Shown here piece by piece: positions 22,831 through 35,858 of a DNA stretch of 64,000 nucleotides. The notes under the pieces were generated by a model. The model was not told the origin of the DNA. It made no database searches and was given only the letters and a program-made list of their open reading frames with translations. Every line of letters starts with the position of its first letter. Positions within the stretch are counted from its first letter, which is position 1. This stretch comes from Macrostomum hystrix. Lineage: Eukaryota > Animalia > Platyhelminthes. The DNA lies in assembly GCA_950097015.1 (NCBI GenBank), contig CATNEN010000039.1:11160001-11224000 (forward strand). The letters run 5' to 3'. Position numbers and translations under genes: made by a program.

Positions 22831-22844
22831 GTTGCCTGGGTTAC
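22831..22844. promoter_or_regulatory. Putative RFX X-box
   Basis: GTTGCCTGGGTTAC (reverse complement GTAACCCAGGCAAC) fits GTNRCC-NN-RGYAAC and lies ~120 bp upstream of a ciliary-gene ATG. Confidence 0.6.
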
Positions 22845-22961
22845 CTCACCCACAAGTTTAAATTCATTTGGTTGGTAAGTTTCCAACCCGCCAAAGCTGC
22901 CGAACTAGCTGATTTTGGTCGTTCCTTTGGTTTTCTTACAAAAACAAGTGCAAACAAAGAA

Positions 22962-23818
22962 ATGTCGAAAGCTGCAAATACATTCGTCACTACTAATAAT
23001 GCGACATATATTGATCCAAGATTCATGCCTGGGTAAGATCAAGGAAACAAATCTGATGTGTCAAATAATGACATATGTAGTAAATATAAATTTACCAGTG
23101 CGCCTCGTTGAATAAATACTATTATACTAGGCTGAAAAATGTTTTTTTAAGGATAAATATAACATTGTCATTATCCCCTTTAGTCAACTTTGTGTACTTT
23201 GCTTAGCTTAACTTTAAAAATAACTTAAAAAATTAAATTTAAAAAATCCTAAACATTTTCTACTTTTTGCCAGATATCGCGGTCACGTTCCTGGTATGAA
23301 GTTTGACTACGGCGAAACATACGGCAACCACACAGCCAAATACTTCCAGGACTATCGTTCCGAGGTGCTGAACAGCAGCAAGACGCCCTACGCCGACCGC
23401 GGCGGTGTGTTTCCCACCTTCTACTCACACAACCCCGAAACTGTCATCGGCAACCGGTCTCGAACTCGTGACCGTTATCTAGACAGGGCCCACTATGAGC
23501 TTCACACGCAAGACTTCGATCGCACTCAGGAGCTCAAGCGTTTCTCCGCTGTAAGTTTAATAAACTCTTTGACTTTGTGGCACAACATTTTCAATTGAAA
23601 ATTACAACTAAATAAGTACAGTTCGAGATTGGTACTACATCACCTAGAATAATGTTTAATTTTGCTAAAAATTAAGCTCTGTGGTAAAAAATGCTTTGCA
23701 GCTATCTGACAGTCACCGCGAATTCTACAAGGACAAGACGGGTACGCTGAAGCCAGTTTCGGAATTCCAGCTGCCATCAACAAACGAGCAGGTCGTGGAG
23801 GAGCGTCTTGGTTACTGA
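22962..23818 (+). CDS. CIMIP2C: Ciliary microtubule inner protein 2C / FAM166C (C2orf70)-like, 154 aa
   Basis: Exons 22962-23032, 23274-23550 and 23702-23818 join in frame. MPGYRGHVP...YGETYG...KYFQD...GGVFPTFYSHNP...RTRDR...YKDKTGT matches the family as recalled. Confidence 0.85.
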
Positions 23819-24722
23819 CGACAGGGACGTATCCAGATTGTGAGCTGCCTATCTTAAATTGAGCACGAACCACTCACCGAAGTTTTCCTTGTTTCTTTGT
23901 TCAAAAAAGTTATTTTACTAGGCCAGATCATAAAATAACTTTAGTACGCATGGACCAAACAGGCAGTTTTTAAGAATCCACTCTGTACAAAAGCCCCTAA
24001 AAAGTCACTGAGAAAACGCAAAAATAACAAGCATATTTTTACTCTCACAGGAACTGTCTTGAAATCAATTTCTCTGTGTTTATTTGTTCTATTTTAAAAT
24101 CAAATAAATATACGTCAGAATAGACATCGCTTCTCTGGCATGCGAAACTATTTCTTTGTTGACAGTTGTCTTCGATCACTTAATATAACAAAGAACGTAG
24201 GGAAAAAATAGTTTTTTTATTCTGCCGCTTTTAACTTTGAACTAAACGGTATTTCTGGCGTAATAATGAAGAAGCGAAATCGTCTATTGATACCAGCTAT
24301 TAAGACTTTTAGTAATTAAAACGTATTAAGTTGAGGTGGCTGTTTAGTAAAATTGTTTTTAAAAAATAATAACATCAGAGTATATTTACATAATTAACAT
24401 TTTACATTCACTTTCAGGCGGTTGCATTCACTGCAAACAATTGCACTAAATACTGTACATAGATTGCAAAAGCTGCTTTCCCTCTAAACGAGGAAAATTA
24501 AGTTGAACTATACGCGGGCAATTGACTCCATAATTTCATGGGAAAGAAAGAAATACTCGTGCACACAAAGCTTTCATGAGGCAGCAAATGTCAAGTAATT
24601 CGCTGTTTGAATACTACTGAGAAACCGAGCTGTGTAGCTAGCAGGCTGCGCAAGATGAGCGGCAGAAAATCGCCCCGAGATCGCTAACTGGAACGTCGAT
24701 TAGTCCCACACCGCTGACTGAG

Positions 24723-25444
24723 CTAGGCCAGGCCAGTCCATTCACCGCAGTGGCAACCGTGTAGCCGCAGAGCGTCCAGTTCCGAGCGCAGCCTGGAGGC
24801 CAGCCGTGCCAGCTCGCTGTTACGCTTCCGTAGCTCTCCCGCGCGCTCGTCCAGGCAGCGAAGCCGCTCCAGTTTTCGCTCTCGGCAGCGCCGAGCCGCG
24901 TCACGATTGCGGCGCCGCTTGCGCTCGAGACGCGAGGCCGCCACTGAAGACGAGCTGGCTGGAGTTCTTACGGAGACCAGGCGCAGCTGGTCGTCGGACG
25001 AGTCGGCTGGCCAATCGTCATCATCAACATCGTCGTCTTCTGGGTCCTCCAATAGATACTGGTCAGTTGTCTCCGCAAGCACTCGCTCAGATGACATCAG
25101 ACTTTGCAACTTTTCGTCAAAGTTCCTGAAATGAGTTTGAAACAACAAATATTTTAGTTTGCTTTTCTACTTTTTTTCATCGATTGCCACGTGTTAGGAA
25201 GGATTTTTACTTACATGACAAAGTTTTTCTGCTCCTCTGAGACAAACGCCGGATTCAAAAAGCTGGTCGGAGTCAGAAGAAGGTCGGCAGTTGAAGCGGC
25301 CATCGACAGTCCGCCAGTGGGCGACAGGAAGCCGAGGCTGGCTAGCAGATCAGGCGTAGCAACGCTGGCAGACTGGAACTGACTTTGCGGGTGCTGCTGC
25401 GGCTGCAGCAGTGGCAGTGTCATGGAGCACTTGAGGCTCTGCAT
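24723..25444 (-). CDS. Jun-family bZIP transcription factor (AP-1 subunit)
   Basis: Exons 25444-25215 and 25125-24723. Jun-like N-terminal motif TPTSFLNPAFVSEEQKNFV and basic region/zipper ERKRRRNRDAARRCRERKLERL...NSEL. Confidence 0.85.
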
Positions 25445-25530
25445 TCTGGCAGATGCTAAGGCTAATGCTGTGTTTTTCAGGCCCTTTAGTCGAGGCTATT
25501 CTGTTGGTCGGACTGGTAATTCCCTCTATG

Positions 25531-25892
25531 CTTTTATACCCTGGCTGAATGTGTCACCGGTTTAATTTTAGATCTTCGCCACTGCAAGCCACCCCAAAGC
25601 AGGCCGCCGTACGCCGCTAGAAAACTTTCCCCTCTCTCCGTATCCCTGGGCAACGGGAATCGACCAACACCCTTGTGCGAGTGCACAAGTGCGCTGTACC
25701 ATACCAAGTGTACTCAGCTGACGGCAACGCTGGGTGCTATTTTTAGAGTCTGGCTCAGTTTCTTAACTTGGCTCGCTATGTGAATGCGCTTGCTTTTCCG
25801 CTCTCCCAGCCTCAGCCTTGAACAATCAAAAGTGCAATCGAGGATTTCTAGGACAATCGGTTATGCACATCACCGTTGCGTGAGTCACGCAA
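25531..25892 (-). promoter_or_regulatory. Jun-like promoter with TATA, MEF2 and AP-1 motifs
   Basis: TATAAAAG (minus strand, 25538-25531), CTATTTTTAG at 25737-25746, and TGAGTCA at 25881-25887 inside the dyad TTGCG-TGAGTCA-CGCAA. Confidence 0.55.
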
Positions 25893-26083
25893 GTAACATT
25901 CCTTAGAATTGTTTAGCATCTAGGAAAATATGCATGTAGGTTACAGCGATACGTATATATATATTAATTCGGACATGACCAAGCAACCAAGACCAAGATG
26001 AGTGATAGTTTAGAGAAAAATGGAAGCTGTTTCGGCCGACCCTTGAGATTCAGCAGACATGAACGAGTATGTTCACGAGTAAT

Positions 26084-26305
26084 GGGGGCGGAGTGTCAGA
26101 ACGCGAGGCCCCTGAGCTCGATTCCGCGGCGCAATCTCCAAGGCACAGTGAGAGTGTACACTGCCTGACAATGAGAATGTCAGGACACATGAACACACCT
26201 GTGTGTACCTGTGTACGTGTGAACAGAATGCACAGTGGGTCTACTGTCACCAATGGTGAGCCCGTAGCCGGCAGCCCTGCTGCAAATATTACGAGTCTTA
26301 TTTAT
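26084..26305 (+). mobile_element. tRNA-derived SINE, internally deleted copy
   Basis: Shares GCTCGATTCC, CTCCAAGGCACAGTGAGAGTGTACACTGCCTGAC and the GCAGCCC..CTGCA end with the other copies. Confidence 0.75.
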
Positions 26306-29300
26306 TAACAGTATTATTAACAGTAGAACTACCAAGGGGAATTCCCCCTAGACAATTTTTTGCGCTGCACCCGAACGGAACAATGCAAGCACACGAAACT
26401 CAAGAACACGGGCCAACTTTTTGTTGCGCATCTTCTTTAACAAAAATCTAGTTGGCAGCTCTTTAGACCGTCAAGATATTCAATGGTTCTGGCCGAATGT
26501 TTGAATTTTCTTATAAGCGCTAGTGTATTTCATACACACCTACACACAAATTAGTACTGCATCTAATCAGGCCTTCAAAATTTATCAGCATGTCACCCAA
26601 ATGTGCCTGCATCATTTCTGTCTTCGGTGGACACCTACATTTATCTTGACAAATTTGCTGGACCTTGAAGGACTAAAATATGTGGAAATTGACAACCTGA
26701 CGAGAATTTCTTCTATTTCACTGATCAAGCCTAAATATTAGGCGCAGCTCAACCTCAGGACACCAGCGCCTAGTCTGACAACCAATCAGTCACCACCCAG
26801 GCGCTGCCAAAAAATGTCAAGTGCATAAAAACGGGCGGCAAAATGGCTTGGTAGATTAAGTCCTACTGTAAGTCGCTCATAGCTACGGATTTCTACGTCA
26901 CAGAATACAGACAAGCGTCTTACCATTCTACTGACTCATAAGTAGCTAATACGGCAAAAAATGGATCGTCAAGATTAATAGAAACGTGTCACTCATTTTT
27001 TCATTAATCTAGAAATATAACGCCTCAGTTTGGTCGTTCATTCTTGTTGGGCTCTGACGCGAGAAATCATCGGTTTAAACTTGTTTGGATCCAAAGGGGC
27101 TCGAAAATTAGTTCCAGGACTGGGACTACATGGCTTCCCAATAATGGATGAAGCTGCCCTTGCCAGGCTGCAGGTGCACTTCTTCCGAGTCTGTTTGGAA
27201 GAGGCTGGGCTGGAACTGTGCCTTCTCCCATAGACTAAAGAAAGGTAGCAAAGTACATGCAGCCAGTTTAGCGTACTTCCGGGGACAAATGGTATGGATA
27301 AAAGCGTTTTAGATGTTATCACCAGCTGATGGCCAAAAGTTGCAGGTGGCTGCTTTCCCATAGACTGTCTAAGAGACAGTTTTTTCCGGTCTCAACGAAT
27401 TTCCGACACAGACAATGGATTGTCTTCATATAATTTGGTTAATATACATTTCTAGCGTAAACATGTCTGAGATTTTGAAAGCCGAAGCCTTTCTTGACGT
27501 TATTAGAGATAACTGCAGGCTCCTAAACTTATTATGATATTTTTATTCATAAGAAAGTTTAATTATCTTGAAAATGTGTTTCTGTCTCTAAGGGAGGGCT
27601 GGTGCAAGCAATGATAGTTTGTTGAAACTTCTCTACAAATGTCTAACCTTATGAGTCTCGGGTGCAGCATGCAGTTACGTTGTAGCAAAATTGTTTAGCT
27701 GGCGCTAACAATATTAGAAAAAAGAACAGTATATAGTGTGTTTCCAGTAGCAAACACCTATTCAATGTATTCAAAGCTGAATTATAAATCTGCAATGCTG
27801 AATCGACCTCTATAAAACATCGCCAGGATGTGCAAAGGTAGGTAGGGTTTTAGCTAGTAAATCAACCCTTTACAGGACTAGACGCGCCACAGGCGCAGCT
27901 ACATGTAGTGCGTACAGTTGTTCAGTCCATGGACATGGGGCCCCCCATAATGGTTTTAGCCTATCTTAGCTATAATGCTGATGCCATTTTACAACTTTTT
28001 CTTCGATGAATGCTGAATGAAATAAAGCAATGAATAGTTGGCTATCTTGATTAGGGACACAGATTACAGCCCTAAGCAGATTTTCGAACCCCAGACCTCC
28101 TGATGAGGACTCGGATACCTTTTCTTCTTGGTTTTAAATTATTATTTACTATCATAGGTTGAGTTTGAAGTGGTGGAGTTAGCAGTGATTTGAGAAGAAA
28201 ATCCATTTTATGATCCAACTAGCAGTGACAACTTAATCCTGTGAACCCGCATTTCTCAGGTAAATTCACTGCAAGAAATCAAAGCTATTGAATAGCTTAA
28301 TTGATATGGTCCGTTGATAAAATGTCGATTGCACTTCGTTGTATTGTTCAAGAAGTAAATTTAAATGATGAAAAAATGATTACACTTATTTACAACGAAA
28401 AGCTGATTACAAGTAAGTGGTGAAGCGACAGTGCGTTTCTTTGTACGAAGGAAAAATATATATGAATTTACAGAGAAAACGAAATAATTAAGATTGACGA
28501 TTTGTATTCTGGTAATTTTTTACAATTAGGTCTGCACTTTAAATAAGAACTCACGAATCTGCTATTTAAAGCTGTAAAGTCTGAGGCAGCGGGCAAGACA
28601 ATTTTCGAGCGTACAAGACCTCAATATAGGCTTAAGAATACTAAAGTGCCTAGCTCAGTTGCTTTGTTGAAGTGGCAGAGGCACAATGAGAGCTCGCTGG
28701 ATAGGCAGTGGCGTCCGGTGACGCAAATGGCGAGCACATCAAACCGCGTCGCACTCGCTGACAGAGGCTACGGTCGGTGTCAGAGCAGAGCGCTGAAGTG
28801 GGCGGGCATTGGGTGTTTAGGTTCAGTGGCGTGGTGGGTGTGTCTGAGGTAGGCTAATCATATCTACTCTCCTCCACTTGCAGGTGCGCTCAAACCAAAT
28901 AACGGTGGGCCCATCTTTCTACTCAAGCTTTTATGACCTTCATATGCTCAGGAAATGCGCACTATTAGTTATTTATTTATAGTCTTCTAGCTACGTCAAT
29001 TTGACTACTTTTTTATGTTGCTGCTATAAAATTTCTTCCTAAATTTTCTTTCGCTGCCTGCTGACCTTCTGGCAAACCGTCATTCTGACAGTCATGTGAC
29101 GGGGTGTGTCGTACATTAGGAATTTCTAATTAATAAATTTTAGTAGTTCTATCTCAATATAACGTAAATCAGAAAATGACAGACAATTTGCAGACTTGAC
29201 GATTAAAATTTCGTACACAGCATGCGAAGTTGGAACTTTTAGAGCCCTCTATTATTTAGCAAAATGCTAATTTTCATGCTATTATGCTAATTTTCATTGG

Positions 29301-29486
29301 CCGTGACTCAAGTGAAGTAATTCAATCATAAGCTAACATGTGAGGTTTCACTTGAGGGCACAGGTAGTCACAAAGCAGTTTCTGACCTCTGGCTCGAAAT
29401 TCGGTTCAGCATTCACCGATCAAGAGCAAAAGTTCTGTTTATAGTTCGGGGACTAGACATTTTTCTGTGTTTCCAAACCGGTTCTA

Positions 29487-31778
29487 TCATATGTAAATTC
29501 TCACCGATTCAACGGACAGCATCGTCGCGAATGTCTGCACGCTAGTCAGTTTTGCGGTCTCCGGCTCGTCTGTCTCGCTGAGCTTCATCGACTGATGCTT
29601 GCCGCAGCGAAGGCAACGATGGAACAGGCGAGACCGCAGACACAAACTCAAGGTAGCAATCAGCGTCAATACTATCAAGACAGAGACAAGTGTGAGGATC
29701 AAACCTGAATGATCGGTCTGGTCGATTTCTGTCGTGTCCTGAGTTTTTTCAGCTCTAACAGTCGTAGCAATCGTTTCTGAAGATGAAACCATCTTGATGA
29801 TGCACCGATTTTGCAGCGAATTTGAGCCGTGCGCCAGGCTGTAACGCCAGTCGCAGAGGCACTCTGTGGCAGCAGGCATGTCCCAAACTGGAACGCAGAT
29901 CTGCTGGCAGTCGCATTTAAGCTGACTTCCAGAAACTTCAGATTCGCGAGCGACATTTTCTGGTAGTGCAGCGAGCAGCACCACAGTAGCGCCTTGAAAT
30001 TGCACTCGGCGATCGGTTTCATTAGCTGAACCTGATTTCGGATTGACGTAGAGCACCGACCAGATGTTTCCATTGAGCATCGCTGCCAGATAAACTCGGT
30101 TGCCATCGACCACTAGACGTGCCGTCTCGATTCCTGTCTGTCCGGTTGGCCAACTGAAATGCTGCCTTACATCGTCCCGGTCCTCTAAGCGAACGCTAAA
30201 AACACCACGCCGCTCTGCGTCGATCCAAAACAGCCGCTTTGGTCGCTTCACCGAGTCGAAGCCGAATCGGATCGGCCGTCCAACTGTTTTCGAACCGACT
30301 AAAAGCCGCAACTCTCGACCGTCCATGCTGAGTCGATAGATTCCTGGCGAGGGGCCGCATTCCAGTGCCAGAAACAAACTGCCAGTCTCCGGATCTGCGA
30401 GCAGACCTCGCGGACAATCTAGCAGTCGCAGTGGGGCTCGCCAGCCGGCATCGATTGCAATAACTCCGACGATTCCGTCGACAGACGAAGAGTAGAACAG
30501 CAGTCGGCGAGTTGAATCGTAGGCGGCGTCAGTAATGTCGAGTTTGCTTTCGGGATTGACATCGAAGCCTAGGCTACGACTGCTTTCGTTTAGTCTTTGC
30601 CAACTTACGCTTCTCAAGCGACCGGATGCTTCATTGTACAGGATTGCAAGACCAGCAGCTGCATCGATCGCCACAACATTTCCGGACAGTTTTAATGTTG
30701 TGGAAGTGCTTTTGGTAAAATCGTTGTCGCTTGTTGCTTCGATAATGGATAGAGAAGCCAGGTTGGAGTGTTTGTCCACAGTGGCCACAAAAATTCGTGC
30801 GGCAGAACCAGCGCTATGACTCTCTGGCGCTGAAGAAGCCGCTGCATCAGAAGTTGGAATTGTTGGTACTGGTTTGTCAGCTCTGCTCCCATCGACCTTG
30901 TCGACACCTGGACAGTACAACTCATCCGTCTCATCGGGACAGTCAGGAAAACCATCGCAAATACGATCGCTACTCATGCAGCCGCCAAAGCCCTCCGAGT
31001 TCCCTCTAGGGGCAGCAACGGTGGGGCAGTCAGCCTCATCGGACTGGTCGTCTAGTCCAGGGCGTCGGCAATCAGCCAAACCATCGCAGCGTCGATTAAA
31101 AGGCAGGCAGTGCCCCGGGGAGCGACATGAAAGGTGATCTGGCGGGCAGGGTGACCGGGACTGGCAGAGCTGCGGCGATTCGTCATCTCCGAAGCGGCAG
31201 TGAAGCCGGCCGTCGCAGAGCAGATGGTCTGGCAGGCACACCGGTTGCTGCTTTGACTGGTCGTTGTGGCCGGCGCACCGGAACAATCCAGCGGAGCAGT
31301 TCACCACTGAATCAAGAAAGTGGAATTGGGAGAAATACGGTTTAAATCCCACCAGGTGTGAATGATCCAGATCTAGAAAAAGTTGGAGCATTGCTCACCG
31401 GTGTGCGGGCAATCCAGCTGGGCATCGTTCGCGCAGTGAATTCGGCAGCGCATGGCTATTGGTTGGCAATGAACAGCGCCGGTGTCCATTTCGACGCAAG
31501 GAAAATAGCCCGTGGAAATCTTGCAGTATGGCGGAAGTGCTGCGCGGCAGAGAGGGTGTCATTGGGTATTTTCACCTGTGAAATTTATGGCAAGCACACT
31601 GCAGACACTCACCATTGAATTGATCTTCGCTTAGCGAGAACGTTGGCAGCTGCAGGGCGCCAGAGATGGTCAGATTCGATGATGTCATCAGTGCTGCCAG
31701 CAGCAGCAGGTTAAGTAGCTGAAGTCCATGGACATATTGACAGACAAAAAGAATCTTGGCAATAAGTGCGTGAGCCAT
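29487..31778 (-). CDS. LDL-receptor-family type I membrane protein (~708 aa): LDLa repeats, degenerate YWTD propeller, EGF-like module, TM
   Basis: Exons 31778-31613, 31539-31399 and 31306-29487 (phase 1 junctions). Hydrophobic leader, CDGxxxC...DE modules, LFWID, CQQICVP...CLC and TM segment LILTLVSVLIVLTLIATLSL. Confidence 0.85.
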
Positions 31779-33219
31779 GCACTATTCAGAATTGTGCGTT
31801 TTGGTAATCTGTTACAGACGTTTATGCTGCTCTTGTAACAAACGGTAGAATAAATAGACCCCAACATTCGTTTTTTAGCCTCGCTTCTCTGCCCCTCCTT
31901 GCTGCCGTAAAAGGCATGGGTTTGAGAGTCACAGACAAATAGCTTCCATTCTGACTGCTACATTAAGCTGCAGCTGTTAAAAATCGTTTGAATGACAGAA
32001 ACGCGCATTATGCACCCCTAGCAGTAGCCAGTTAGGGCTGTAGCATGCTTTGTACGCATGCATTTGACTTTGACTTGGATCAAACTCGTGAAGCACGAAC
32101 TTTTATTATTTTATTTATTTATATGCGCAGTCTGTGGCCGTACGATTTTGTTTTGTCAATGTGATTGTTATGGCACAATGGTGTGCGTTAAACTGGGTAG
32201 AGTGGACGTTTACGCTCGTATTTATTATCCCGCCAAAGCAATAAAAATAATAGTAATAATAATTAGTAATTAATGTAAGAATATATACCGGCTATTGAGG
32301 GTATCAATGGCTGTAACCGAGGACGCGCAGCGTGCAGCGCGCAGCGCCCGAGGTCATAGACATTGATGCCCGAAATAGCCGGTACATAAATTTTCATTGA
32401 GCAACGCTCGGTTCTGTTTGCACCATAGACATTCCACCGGGGGTTTAATGTCGTCCATTGACATATAACCAAGTGTGCGTAAACGTCTCAAGCTCGTGTA
32501 TAGTTTATGGCCCAAAGGCCATCAAAGAAATAGATTGAAGTGTGCAGTAAATTCCGCAACTGTGCGGTAAATGATACTCCACTTGATCTCCGTGCCATCC
32601 CTCTTCTGAGCTACTATGCAGTAAATCCCAGACGGGTATTGTCTATGGGCCGAAGGAGCTGGTCTTGCGCACACACACTTGGTCATAAATCAATGCACTT
32701 ATGCTAGGCTTCCTAGTGCGTAAATAGTTTGAAATACAAGAATCCAAACTATTGAAATACAATACACACCATAGACATAGTTTAACGATGTTCATTAAAA
32801 CCCTTGCTCAGCGTTGTTCAATGCGCAGCCGATGGCACAGTCGCAGCTATTGCGCGCCGCATCTGAAGACAGAGTACGGCTGTTGAGTCCATGGACTGGG
32901 GGGTACACGATGTGTGGCGCGGTGGTAGCTGGGCACTCGCTTGCGATTCGCTCCACACTGTTGCACTCATTGCAAGAATGCCTGCAGGACACGCGACACA
33001 GAGGGTTTTCGTGGGGCCTCGGTCAGAGGCACTAGGTCAGTAAGACGGATTTGCTTTGAAATCCGTAAAATCCAGTTATTGCTTTGAATTGTACATAAAA
33101 TGCAATACAATCCACCCTTTAACTCCACCCCTTAACAAATGACAAAAAGCTAAGTGCGCGTGTACTGGTGCATCAGTACCGGATAAAAACCTTATTGAGA
33201 GTCCGTTCCGATTTATCAG

Positions 33220-33460
33220 GCCCCACTGCAAAGCGATTAGCCGCCTCCCCTTCCTATCTCTGCCGTGTTAACCGCCTCCCCCACCACTGCAAAGCGATTG
33301 GCCGCCTCCCCTTCCTATCTCTGCCGTGTTAACCGCCTCCCCCCACCACTGCAAAGCGATTGGTCGCTTCCCCTTCCTATCTCTGCCGTGTTAACCGCCT
33401 CCCCCACCACTGCAGAGCGATTGGTCGCCTCTCTTCCCCTTCCTTTCTCTGCCGTGTATT
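33220..33460. repeat. ~61-bp tandem repeat, about 4 copies
   Basis: CCCCTTCCTATCTCTGCCGTGTTAACCGCCTCCCCCACCACTGCAAAGCGATT repeated. Confidence 0.85.
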
Positions 33461-33868
33461 CACCAATTCCTATCCTTTTTACACTGCGCCCTATTTCCGC
33501 AGTGCTAATGCGGCAGAATCATAACTCGTCTTAGGCCGCCTTCCATTCCTATCTCTGTTGTATTGACCGCTCCTCTATAAACAGATGGAATCTCTTCTGT
33601 TTCCCTTTCTTCCTATCCTTTTACACTACACCCTATCTCGCCAGTGCTACTGCGGCAGTCATAATATCCCATTACTACTGCACCCCCCAATTATCCCAGC
33701 TAATTCTGGCACCAATTTAACAGCTGATCGCTTCAAATGTCTTGCTAACGCACACGATTTGTTTCATTTGAGTCGGGTATCGAACCCGAGACCTTTTAGT
33801 CGTGAGTCCGACGCTCTAACCACTGTCTGCAATGCCTTTACGAGCTACTAGTCTCAAGTCAAATACAA

Positions 33869-34235
33869 GGGGGTCGGTGCATGGCAGAGCGGTTAACGCG
33901 TCTGCCTCTCGCACCACGGTCCCAAAGTCCGATTCCACGGCGAGACCACATCTATTTGGGGTGCAGCCGCGGAGAGAAAGCTTGGGGGCTTGTCGTGAAG
34001 CTTACGCCCTTGAGGGCCAACCTCCAAGGCACAGTGAAATGTACACTGCTTGACCATGAGAAAGTCAGGGCAGATGTACACACCTGTGTGAGCGTGTGCC
34101 AGCGTACGGTATTTGTGTGCGTGTGCTCAGGAGTCAGCGAAATGGGCAGAATTGCCTCCTCGCTGGCAGCCGGTCTAGAGTCACCAAATCATGTGTAACT
34201 GCTCGCAGCCCTCCTGCAATTACTACTATTATTAC
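33869..34235 (+). mobile_element. tRNA-derived SINE
   Basis: A-box TGGCAGAGCGG, degenerate B-box, shared body and (TAC/TAT)n tail. Confidence 0.85.
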
Positions 34236-35258
34236 TCAAGCCGAAAACTGAATCCCAAACACGTTGAGTTGCCTGCAGTATTAGCAGAGCTAAGGCTCGT
34301 TCAGACTGCCATCAAATAAATAGTTTTTAGAGTACATTTACGATCACATGATGATGTGCCAAGCAGCTGCAGTTGTCGACGGATAGCCTGGATCGGCTTG
34401 GATCACAACCCGGCTATAGAGTGCAGCGCCAGCGACTCCACTCTTTGCTCATCGCACTTTTGTCAGCGTATGCTCGTTACAGAGCTACTGAAAAAAGCGC
34501 ATTGCGCTTAGTTTACGTCAAACGGTAATTGTATCCGCGATGTGACTCATCGACAGGAAAATTGCTTTGCACCAGCATAATTTTTATTGACTGCCGTTTA
34601 TGGTCTACCTATAGGAAATTTAGCTTCGGTCTGGTCGAGAGCAAATGGGTTGGTCAAGCAGCAGAATTAAACTTTTTTCAACAAGCTCTGGCTTCGCTTC
34701 GCCCATCTAATTGTTATTTAGAACTCAGAACTTTGTTTCAGGGGCTGATGCAAACGTGCTTTGTTCTGCTCAGTTGAATTTGATCAACGCCCTGTGCTCA
34801 CACAGACCGAATTCTCAACCCGCCTGTGCACTACGCGGAGTGAGCATATCGTCTCAAAAACTGGGTCCGCACGTTGTCCTGCACCTCAAGTCTCTTTGTA
34901 TCCAACGCGCATTTGCCAGAACCCAGGCTACTTCATTCTCAAGCCATTGTGTATTTTTCTCTGCCGCCGTGCTAGCACTGTACACTCGCCCTCAGCTAAC
35001 TCACGTGACCACAAATCGGTCCCAGACCGCTCACTGAGTAGCCATGCTACTCAAGCAAAAGAATGCAATTTCTCGGCAGCGACCCTAGCCCCTAGTTACT
35101 TTGAGCGCATATATTTCACCCAGAGCCAAGAGAAGAGAAAAGTAGTCCAAAAAGGTAAAACATACGGCGCGATTTAATTAGTGGCACTGCTCAATTTTAT
35201 AGTTGTTTTTTTCCTGAGTTTTAGATCTCGCAGGAAGTTATTAAAGTACACAACAAAT

Positions 35259-35858
35259 ATGGCTGGCCTGAGGAGTATCAAGCCGATGCTGACACTGATT
35301 CTGCTGGGAGCGTGCAGCTGTTGGTACGCTGACGCCGCCTACTACTCTTCCAGCTCTCGACTGTACTTGGGCTCATACTACTACTACAGCTCATACTACT
35401 ATGGCAGCTACTCATCATCGGTCGTGTCGGTGGGCGCGATCATCGGGGCGGTGATTGGAGGCCTGACTTTTATCGGCCTCATCGTCGGCCTGATTGTTTT
35501 CCTTTGCTGCCTGCGTCAGCGTCGAAGATCGTCGGCTGCAGCCAGAGCCCGGGTGCCGATGGCGGTGGTCGGCGGAGAGCCGGTGGTTGCCACGGTGTCA
35601 CCGGGCGGCTATCCCGCAGCGGCTCCGATGGGCGGGCTGCCCTACGACTATCCCAAGCAGGGCGGCTATCAGGGGGTGTCGCCGCCGCCGCCCTACGCCC
35701 CTGGCGACGCCAGTGCTTACTACAACAACGGCTACGCGAACCACGCCAGCGCGACCGCCGCCTTTCCTGACAGTTCCGGCCAGCCTCCTTATCCTACTCC
35801 GTATCCGCCGGCCCAGCAGATGCTGCCGCCTCCGACAGTTGAGCAACAGCGATTCTAA
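35259..35858 (+). CDS. Small single-pass membrane protein with PY motifs (CYYR1/Shisa-like/VOPP1-type adaptor)
   Basis: Signal-peptide-like start, Tyr/Ser-rich short ectodomain, TM VGAIIGAVIGGLTFIGLIVGLIVFL, juxtamembrane CC followed by basic residues, and a Pro/Tyr-rich tail containing PPPPY. Confidence 0.8.
   Translation: MAGLRSIKPMLTLILLGACSCWYADAAYYSSSSRLYLGSYYYYSSYYYGSYSSSVVSVGAIIGAVIGGLTFIGLIVGLIVFLCCLRQRRRSSAAARARVPMAVVGGEPVVATVSPGGYPAAAPMGGLPYDYPKQGGYQGVSPPPPYAPGDASAYYNNGYANHASATAAFPDSSGQPPYPTPYPPAQQMLPPPTVEQQRF

Noticed and set aside
33770-33950. tRNA genes (A/B boxes on both strands; also at 55863 and 58242)
   Set aside because: No complete cloverleaf could be built. The plus-strand heads continue into a shared dispersed body typical of SINEs; the minus-strand one looks like a decayed SINE head.
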